This document shows positions 53,862-64,000 of a stretch of DNA of 64,000 bases, one piece after another (within the stretch, counting starts at the first letter, position 1; every line of letters starts with the position of its first letter). The position numbers were made by a program, and so were the translations under genes. The notes under the pieces are model-generated. The model worked only from the letters and a program-made list of their open reading frames with translations, had not been told where the DNA came from and ran no database searches. This DNA comes from Octopus vulgaris. Taxonomy: Eukaryota. The stretch covers positions 55,180,001 to 55,244,000 of the forward strand of contig OX597819.1 in assembly GCA_951406725.2 (NCBI GenBank), in the 5' to 3' direction.

Positions 53862-56433
53862 TATGTGTGTGTATGTATACATGTATGTATGTATGTATTT
53901 GTGTGTCTGCGTTTGTTCCCGCTTTATCACTTGACAACAGATGTTGGTGTGTTTACATCGCTGTAACTTAGCAGTTTGGCAAAAGAGACTGATAGAATAA
54001 GTATTAGGTTTACAAAGAATAAGTCCTGGGGTCAATTAATTCGACTAAAGGCAGTGCTCCAGCATGGCCACAGTCAACATGACTGAAACAAGTAAAAGAG
54101 TAAAAGAATTAGATTAAATTTTTAATGAATTTAAAGCAAATAGAAATGTAAATTTGGTAATTTCTTTTTTCCATGGTTACTATTATGAAGAACTGATGTT
54201 TAAGCAAAAAAAAAAAAAGACTAACTCAAACTCTTAATCAATAACAGAGAAATGGTTTAAATTTGTTAGAAGACACAATTTAGAATCATTGATATTTGTG
54301 TACTTATATGTAAAAACAAATTTACAGTTTAGTGCATTGATTTAAACAAAAAGAAAAAGAAATGGAAGAAAGTAGAAGAAAATATTTTGGTAGGTACGAA
54401 TAAATTTATGTTCAGTAATTTTAGCACTTTTATTTTCCCACATCATTTGTTCATTAGTTTATGACATCTGTTTTTCTATGCCAGCATGGGTTAGGTGGGA
54501 ACTTATTTCAGACATTTCACACCTGGATGCTATTCCTGTTACCACTCCTCACTGGTTCTTCAAGAAAGGGAAATTTTTGTTTTATTTTTATTCTCCTGGG
54601 ACTTTGAAAATGCAGAAAGGTCAGTCATAATGTCGATAAGGAATGCAAACATCATATCATCATTTTGCTCAGATGGTAACATCTGAGCATGCACATACAT
54701 ACACACAATTTTTTTTTTTTTGGACTTGTTTCAGTCATTTGCCTGTGGCCATGCTGAAGCACCGCCTTTAGTTGAACAAATCGACCCTAGGACTTATTCT
54801 TTGCAAGCCTAGTACCTATTCTATCAGTCTCTTTTGTCAAACCACTAAGTTAAGGGGATGTAAACACACCAACGTCAGTTGTCAAGCTATGGTAGGGGGA
54901 CAAACACACACACATATATGACAGGCTTCTCTCAATTTCTGTCTACCAAATCCACTCACAAGGCTTTGGTCAGCTTGAGGCTATAGTAGAAGACAATTTC
55001 TATCAACCACTTCCTCTCACAAGACATTGATCAGTCTAGCGCTATGGGAGACAAGTAACCTGGAACCAAGAGGTTACAAAGCAAACTTCTTAACCACACA
55101 ACTTCCATCATTTTAACGTATACTTTTCAACACTTTCAAGGGTCAAATGAGATTTGTTGAGGCAGGCTTTCTCTGGCTAGATGCTTTTCCTGTCACCAAC
55201 CCTCATCTATTTCCAAGTACTGTAAATCCTCGAGTATAATCCGCATTCTTTTCCCCAAAATTTAAACGTCAAAATCCCTAGTGCATATTATATATGAGGT
55301 TAAAAACGAAAAATATTTTCTAAGCAATGCCTGAGTCTCTATTTGCTATCTGGCAATATTTATTCAGATGTATTTTGTGATGTTGGGTGCAAAAATACCT
55401 TAAGCTAAGCCTGAAAGCAATGAAGTCATAAAAGAATCATCTATAACTTGCAGTAAGCAACATTTATTGAAATAAAAATATTCAGAACACAGAATAACAT
55501 GTAACAACAACAATTTGCAAACATATTTACATTCCCATATAACAGTTAAGAACATCACCATTATTGTATTAGGCATGCAGAGAAGTGTTTGTTCGACTAG
55601 GTGCTGCTGGTTTAATTATGCACGACTCAAGTTTCTTTTGCCAAACCGCTAAATTACGGGGGATGGAAACACACCAGCATTGGCTGTCAAGTGATATTAG
55701 GGGGACAAACACAGACACACAAACATATACATACATATACATACGACAGGCTTCTTTCAATTTCCGTCAGCCAAATCCACTCACAAGGTTTTGGTTGGCC
55801 CAAGGCTATAGTAGAAGACACTTGCCCAAGGTGCTACACAATGGGACTGAACCCGGAACCATGTGGTTCATAAGCAAGTTACTTACCACACGGCCACTCC
55901 TACACCTATTTGATCAAATAACCCTTTGATAAAAAGCCTTTTAATTGTGACCATCCAATGTTGGAATTCTTCCTTTTTAAGACTGTAGGGTGAGGCTGAG
56001 GAAGATTTGGCTGTTCTATCTAGCATTTTTAACGCATGCAGAGAGTCTTTAATTTGTTAGGGTGTGATTGAGAAAGATTTTGCTACTCTAGCATTTCATC
56101 AGCCAAGTATATTTTTAACTTAAAATCAAAAGAGATGAAATTGAAACGCCAGTAGTCTATTGTTGATTCAGCCATTCCTTACTAGAGTGCAAGCTTATCA
56201 GTTGTGTGTATGTGAGGTGATGGCTATCATTATGACTGATAGCTGGCATCTGCTATTATATATATTGCAGATGTGTGCGTGTGTGTGAGAAAGAGATAGA
56301 GAAATAGAGACAGAAAGAGAGAGGAAAAGAGAGAGAGAGAGAGACAGAGTGTGTGTGTGTGTGTGTGTATACATGTGTGTGTAATATCAATTAATGAATG
56401 ACAAAAGAACAAGATTTATGCAGTCACCATCAT

Positions 56434-56516
56434 TAGCTTACGGCTGTTTCCGCTATAAGAAGCAGTGCACTCAGAGCTGAGTGCCTATGCAACACACAAT
56501 TCCTTCATCAGAGCCA
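56434..56516 (-). ncRNA. Type I hammerhead-like motif with enlarged stem II
   Basis: tggct-CTGATGA-[54 nt including hairpin gcactcag/ctgagtgc]-GAAAC-agcc-GTA-agcta. Stem I pairs over 5 bp including one G-U. Confidence 0.6.
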
Positions 56517-58371
56517 TTAAAAAGCATTAACTGATATTACACTCCAAACATGCCTAACACTTTAACTCTAAAGCATAAGTATACTGAGTTCTAACAACTG
56601 ATTATTAATATCACTCTATCTTACTGAAATACATATATATTATATATTTTAAACATATATATATAAAAGAACATTATTATTCATAGAAATAATAATGTTA
56701 GTGGCTGCAAGCATAAAGGCCATATAGGCAAAATTTATAAATATATATATATAGAGAGAGAGAGAGAATATGTTGAGGCGCAATGGCCCAGTGGTTAGGG
56801 CAGTGGACTCGCGGTCGTAGGATCGCGGTTTCGATTCCCAGACCGGGCATTGTGAGTGTTTATTGAGCGATAACACCTAAAAAGCTCCACGAGGCTCCGG
56901 CAGGGGGTGGTGATCCCTGCTGTACTCTTTCACCACACTTTGTGGCATTGTGACCAGCGATGTGTAACAACATCTGATGGTCTGGTCGGTCACATGATCA
57001 CGTGATGATATAGAATATAGAAATATATTTGTATATACTAGGGTACTAATAAGCACCTGCTTTGCTAAAGATAGCAGTCAAAACACTCCAAAGCCACAGA
57101 AGAATCACTAAATTAATACAGGCATGGTAGGAAAAAATTTAAGTGAATAAGAATTGTGCCCTACCGGGAGATAAGATGAGTGTCAACTTATTTAATGTAG
57201 TGAAGCAAGAAATTTTCATTTGCTAAAATAACATCCATGGAGAAGAGAAATATCACTATGTAACAAATTAAAATTTTTTTTTTTGCTTTTAATCAGTAAG
57301 TGCTATTTCCAATTTGCTTCTATCTAGAAATCAAAGGAAATTACTACTCCCTTTAGACTTGGCTTTTGTGACCTGGACATCAGTATTTTGAAACTTACCA
57401 ATTTTCCATTACATTTCAGACAGACTCAGTGCTGAGTTGCTGAAGCAGAAATATCATTATAGCAAATATTCTGCTCAATACCGCAGATTTGCTTGTCACT
57501 TGCTTGAGCATGTCCCTTAGTGGTTGACAATATCTGCAACGCTGATCATGAGCAGGAGTAGTTGAGAAGCACTACAGCCATATATTGGGAGGGAGCCTTT
57601 GGGGTTTAAATAAATATCGTAAAAGCAATTTTTGAAGAAAATATTAGCAATTTTTCATACTTTCTTGCGATAGGCAAATAGGAAATAACAGTTGCAACTC
57701 AAGAAGAAAAAATCATTTCACACAGTGTAATCATTTTGGGGAGACAATTATGGAATTGTCTATGATTCATCATGGAAGATATATACTGAATAGCAAAACA
57801 TAAGGAAAGAAAGTCAACACCAAAAATAGTGCAGCCTAGTATTAAAATAGCACCAGATGCCAAGGTTAAACTATTGCCTCATTGTTGAAAGAGATCTAAC
57901 ACCAAACAGACAGAATGTTTGAAGAATCTAGCGATAATCAATTTGAAACAGTCATAATAGTTTTCCCATGATGATCAACTGCAATACAAGAGCATCAAAA
58001 ACAACTGATGCTAAAATGATTTCATTTAGACTATATAAAACTGGGATGGTCTACAAACTTCAATAGATTTTTCCTTATATATTTACTGTTTCAAACAAAA
58101 TATAAAGGACCAATAACATACATGGAAATAGCAAAAAGAAAAAGAAAAAAAAAGTTTAATAATAAAAAGCTAAAACTGAGTCATATTATGAGTGGAATTT
58201 GGTAAAAAGACAGTGGATATGTAGCCTATAGTGTGTGTGTGTGTGTGTGTGCACATGCATGCATATATGTATATACATGTATGTGTGTGTGTGTGTGTGT
58301 GTCTCTCTCTCTCTATATATATATATATGTATGTGTGTGTATGTTCATACATATATGTATTACATTACATG

Positions 58372-58441
<70 letters not shown>

Positions 58442-59015
58442 TAGCTTTGTGGTTAAGTAATTTGCTTAAATATCTATGTGATTTCAGGTTTAATCTTACA
58501 ACATGGTACTTTGGTCCTTATACTATGTGAATGAAATTTGAAGGCCAGAAACTATAAAAAACTGTTTGTATGCATATACTTACATACATGCGCATGCATG
58601 TGTGTGTTTGTGTGTGTGCTTATGTGTGTTTGCTTACATAATGCAGGGTAGTCATGTATCTCTTCTATAAGAAAAGGCCTGTGCTTGTCCCTCTTTAGCA
58701 TCTCAAAACCTGGCAGAAAACCACATTGCCCTTACTACTCAATCAAGGGACCTTTTCGTTTGTTTGTTTGTTCATTTTTTTTTTCTGTCTTGCAAGTTAT
58801 TCAGAGGCCTCACTAGTGTCAGTGTCACAATAAAACCACTCAGTACACTGTAACATGATTAGTATTTGAAAGGGCATTCAACTATAGAAACCATACCAAA
58901 GCGAACACTGGAGCTCAATCCAGTTTTCTGGTCCACTGGATCTTGTCAAATTGTCCAAGCCATGCCAGCACAGAAGATGACCATTAAATGATGATGACGA
59001 TATGAATAAATGTCT

Positions 59016-59051
<36 letters not shown>

Positions 59052-59379
59052 ATCTAAAAGGAAATGTACAGGAAAAAGTTATTTTGCCATTTTGTGCTGA
59101 CTCATAAAATCGGAAATAAATATGTTTTTAAATGTTTTCTACCCAACTATTTAACTCTTTCATTAATCCAAGCTAAAACATAACATTATATTCTTGACAA
59201 ACTATTTTCTGAACCAGAATAAATATATAAATAAAATTAAAAAAATCTTCAATATGTTCTATCTATAAATAAATTACAACATTTAGAAGATATTAATCAC
59301 TCCGTTTCCTTTTCCTTGGTTACTATTTCATATATAATTCATATTCAAAACTACATGGACACTCTTAGCTGGATCAAAA

Positions 59380-60700
59380 GTGACTAAAGCATCTGACAAG
59401 TCTTATAAAGTGTTCTTATAAAATAAACTAATACAAATTGCAAATTGTACATCAAATTCTAGTTCCTATCCCCACCCAACTCTTTGATCTTTCTCTCTCT
59501 ACAGGGACCAGTCTCAAATTATGGAAGCACACATTAAAAAAAAAAACACACACACACACACACATTAAAGTATGTTCCATTTTCAAGAAGGGCAACTTTT
59601 TTGATTCTATTCTTTTGACATTTCCAAGGTTGTGAGAGACATATAAACAACAAACCTCTTTTACAGACTATTGAGGAGCTTTTGTGTACTCACTCACTTC
59701 ACCTGCTAGAAGTGGTATCTAAATTACACTCGTTTATCACTGTAAGTTTTTCTCCTTCAGTATAAAGCCATATCTGTCCAAAACTTGCTTTCCTGTGACA
59801 TATATGAACAATATCTTGCTCTTACAACATCAGCAAAGATAATGTTGGTGCCCTTGATATCAGCAAACACTGTAACTATACTTGATATTCTTTTGTTCTC
59901 TTCTTTTACTTGTTTCAGTCATTTGACTGATTTGACTGCAGCCATGCTGAAGCACCGCCTTTAGTTGAGCAAATTGACTCCAGGACTTATTCTTTGTAAG
60001 CCTAGTACTTATTCTGTCAATTTCTTTTGCCGAACGGCTAAGTTATGGAGATGCAAACACACCAGTTGTTAAGCAATGTTGGGGGAACAAACCCAGACAC
60101 ACAAATGCATACATACATACATATATTATATATACATATATATATATACAACGGGCTTTTTTCAGTTTCTGTCTACCAAATCCACTCATAAGGCTTTAGT
60201 CGGCCCGAGGCTATAGTAGGAAACACTAGCCCAAGGTGCCAAACAGTGGGACTAAACCCAGAATCATGTGGGTGGTAAGTAAGCTACTTACCTCATAGCC
60301 ACTCCTGCGTATGGAAACTTCTTGCATAAGTTTACTGACTTAGGAGTTCCATACATCTCTAATCTCTTGAACTTGATGAAGATTGGGACCGGAGACAAAA
60401 CAACACTGCTGTCAACTCTGCCATTGATGCTGCCATCACTCTCCATCACTACCATTTGGCTCACAATTAGACTGTTTCTTCTCTGCCCATGCTACAGTAG
60501 CCTCCGCTCCTATGAACTTACAAGTTATAATGCCATTTTCAACCAGGCCCATTCAATGTTCCATATTCTTCATCTCCTGCTATTCATATTGTATTATACC
60601 TCCCAGATCCTACATTAAACACTTTGCCCCAACAGTCCTACAAACAGTCTGAAATTTCGTCTCCCCAAATATTTTTCCAATAAATGTTGTCAGCCTTCAT
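59380..60700 (+). mobile_element. Highly degraded CR1/Jockey-group LINE remnant with an inserted SINE
   Basis: ILVPIPTQLFDLSLSTGT...LWKH...IFKKG resembles the region preceding the RT domain; the rest is heavily decayed. Confidence 0.45.
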
Positions 60701-61583
60701 AAGTTTAAACTTTTAAACAGAACAACAACTAAATCTATCAAGTTAGTCTTGAATATCCAACAAAAGCTTTGAGCCTTGCTCTCTCCTCTTCTAATTTATT
60801 AAAACAACAATAATAATTTAAAAAAACGTTCAAATTCTTAATTGTCTCTGCAAGAGAACAACCAATATTTATAGTAAATAAAAACTAAAGTTCAAAAGAC
60901 TACTAAAGATCAGAACTGGACTGAAACGAAAGCCTTTAATTTGCTGTATTTGATTAACCACTAATTAATGTATATAGAAACAGGTTACTGTATATCATTA
61001 AGCATTGAACAGCTTGTTAGTATTCCTAATTGTATGTAAACAACACTCAAATCTTTCACTAATTAGCCACAAGTATTTACCACACAACATAACAACAGCA
61101 ATGCATTCTAATTAATTTATTCTACGTCAGAACACACACACTCATGTGTGTTTGTGTGTATATATATATATATATGTACGTATGTATATATACGAACAAA
61201 ACGCCCCCCACCCCCGTCCAATGGACGGTGCTGAGTTGTCAAACATTTAAACCAAATTTTCTCAAAACAACTTGTCCAACCGTCCCATAGGCCTCCCCCT
61301 TGAGAAACACTGATTTAACCTAAATTTGAGACACCAGCAAAACAAGAAATAAACAGACTTTTTTTCTATTCCTATGACTGGAAGCCCCTCCTATCACTAG
61401 ATTTTACCTGCTTCCAAGTGAGGTAATATTTCTCCATGACCTGACCTGTTTTCATGGATGATTGGGAACAAAGGACACCAGTTGCATGGTGATGACATTC
61501 TTTTATAACCATCAAGCAATGTAAAAGCAAGGAAAGAGCAGTATGTGCGTGTGCACGTGCACACACACACATTTATGTGTGAA

Positions 61584-61614
<31 letters not shown>

Positions 61615-61844
61615 TCTTTTATTCTTTATTCTTTTACTTGTTTCAGTTATTTGACTGCAGCCATGCTGGAGCACCACCTCGAAGGGTTTTAGTCAAACAA
61701 ATCAATCCCAGGACATATTTTTTAAAGCCTAGTACTTATTCTATCAGTCTCTTTTGCTGAACTGGTAAGTTACAGGGATGTAAACACACCAACACCTATT
61801 GCCAAGCAGTGATGGGGGGACAGCAGACACAAAGACAGACACAG

Positions 61845-61877
<33 letters not shown>

Positions 61878-64000
61878 TGATGGACTTCTTTCAGTTTCTA
61901 CCAAATCCACTCACAAGGCTTTGCCTGGCTTGTAACTATAGTAAAAACATGCTTGCCCAAGATGCTAGAATCATATGGTTGATGGTTGAGAATTAGAATT
62001 CTTACCACACAGCCACATATCCTAGAAAGGGTGCCATATTTAATTAGCTTTAATTTTTTGTTTTTGGAAAATTCTATAATATTGGAGACATTGTAAATCA
62101 TCTCAAATAGATAAATAATTTTAGGAGCAATTTTTCAAGTTAGGTACATACTTTATATTTGTGAGTGTGTGTGTATATATAAATGGTATCTTACCATAGC
62201 CGCATATACTGTAGCTTCAGGCCGACCAAAGCCTTGTAAGTGGATTTGGTAGAGAGAAACTGAAAGATGCCCATTGTGTGTGTATATATATACATACATA
62301 TATATGTATTTACGTGTCTGTTTGTCCTTCCAGTGTTGCTTGACAACCGATGTTGGTGTGTGTCAACGTCCCTGTAACTTAGTGGTTTGGCAAAAAAGAG
62401 ACTGATAGAATAAGTACTAGGCTTACAAAGAATAAGTCCTGCGGTTGATTTGCTTGATTAAAAGTAGTGCTCCAGCATGGCTGCAGTCAAATGACTAAAA
62501 CAAGTAAAAGAATATAAAAACGGTAAGTAGCCTGTATTATTGTAAAACTTTAAAATGAACGCTAGAATATTTGCAGCCGGGTAACAAATTATAAAAGCTG
62601 AAAAAAAGTTCAAAGTCTTTCTTGTTTCTTTTTTGTTCTTGCACCAAAGTAATTACGGTGGGATGGGAGCAGTTATAACCCAAAGAGAGAATTTGTAGGC
62701 CTGACAAACAACAGATGGCAAATTTTACATACATACATATCACACAAGTGCAGTCAGAAGCATACAAGCCTTTTTGACAGATCATATTCTTTATGCAAAT
62801 GCATTTGTATGCATGTTGCTAAATTTACAATACTTGACAATAAATTCCTGACACCTATAAAGATAATGGTTAGCCCACATTACTCCATAAAGTGCATAGG
62901 GCCAGTTTCCTGGGTTTTTTTGGCATATATATTAGTCCCTGGACTGGATACCAGTCCATTGCAGATTTACTCATTTTTACCAGCTGGGTTGATTGGAGCA
63001 ACGTGAAATGAAGTATTCTACTCGAGAACATAACACATAGCCTGATCCAGGAATCAAAACTGCAATCTTATGATTATGAATCCAGCAGTCTAACCACTAA
63101 ACCATGCAGCCATGCACCTCCACTATAAAGATAGTAATACATACAATCTGATTATTTGTCTTTGTCCATCGGTGGATGATAAGGACCATGTAGCCAACCA
63201 TGATAAAGGGATGAAGAATGACTGATGAATTGCATGGTGACTTTCAATAAAGTGAAGAAAGTTACACATAGTCAGCCTCACTCTCTTGTGACCATCTTCA
63301 ATCCAATGGTAAGACCAAGTCAATACGCCTAGGGATGGAGAGAGATGCAGTAGATGACTAAGATGTCTTACTTGCTTCATCTTGCTCTCTGCACTTCACA
63401 ATGCATTGCTGCAACCACCCTTCCTTTCCACTGTATTGTGAAAGTTTCTTCCACAAAGCTCACCAGATCCAAACTAATCTGATTTGTATCTAGCCATAGA
63501 AACAAAGCCCAAAATGCTGAAAGTTATCCAGCCATAGAAACCAAGCCCAAAATGCAACTTGTGGGTAAGATGGGAGTCCCTAACTCATCTAGGAGAGCAG
63601 AAACAAAACCTGTCCAACCCATGCCAGAATAGAAAGTAGATATAGAATGGAAATGAGGACCTGATTTTAACTGCAGTGAAGTTGAATAAGACAAAATCTT
63701 GGTTATTTAGTTATTATCTTTTACTCGTTTCAGTTATTAGACAGGTCATGCTGGGGGCACTGCCTGGAAGAGTTCAGTGAAATGAATCAATCCCAGTACT
63801 TACTTTTAAGCCTGATACTTATTCTATCAGCCTCTTTCACTAAACAGCTAAGCTACAGGGACATAAAGAAACCAACACCTATTGTCAGGAAATGGCAAGG
63901 GATAAATACACACAGACACACACACACATGATAGGCTTCCTCACAACTTCTGTCCACTAAATTCACTCATAAGGCATTGGTCATTCACAGGCTGACCAAT

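Overview
AT-rich eukaryotic DNA, almost certainly from an octopus (coleoid cephalopod), judged from its SINE families and dense (CA)n/(TA)n/(TACA)n/(TAA)n microsatellites. The only protein-coding gene I can support is the terminal exon of COX11 (minus strand, 40799-40945). I found no upstream COX11 exon by eye, so the 23 kb to its right is probably intron. The rest is degraded mobile DNA: several tRNA-derived SINE families, LINE remnants (Tx1, R4/Dong, RTE, CR1/Jockey-like), a Gypsy remnant, Tc1, maT and mariner transposon remnants, hAT and Tc1 MITEs, and Helitron 3' ends. Most ORFs in the track are microsatellite artefacts. The most interesting signal is RNA structure: several minimal type I hammerhead-ribozyme motifs of the Penelope-like kind, four of them within about 670 bp, one carried by a tRNA-headed SINE-like element. 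Also notable are tandem pseudoknots in an RTE 3' UTR, a SINE sharing its tail with a Tx1 LINE, and a shift in CpG decay near 21-22 kb. Repeat boundaries were read by eye and are approximate.
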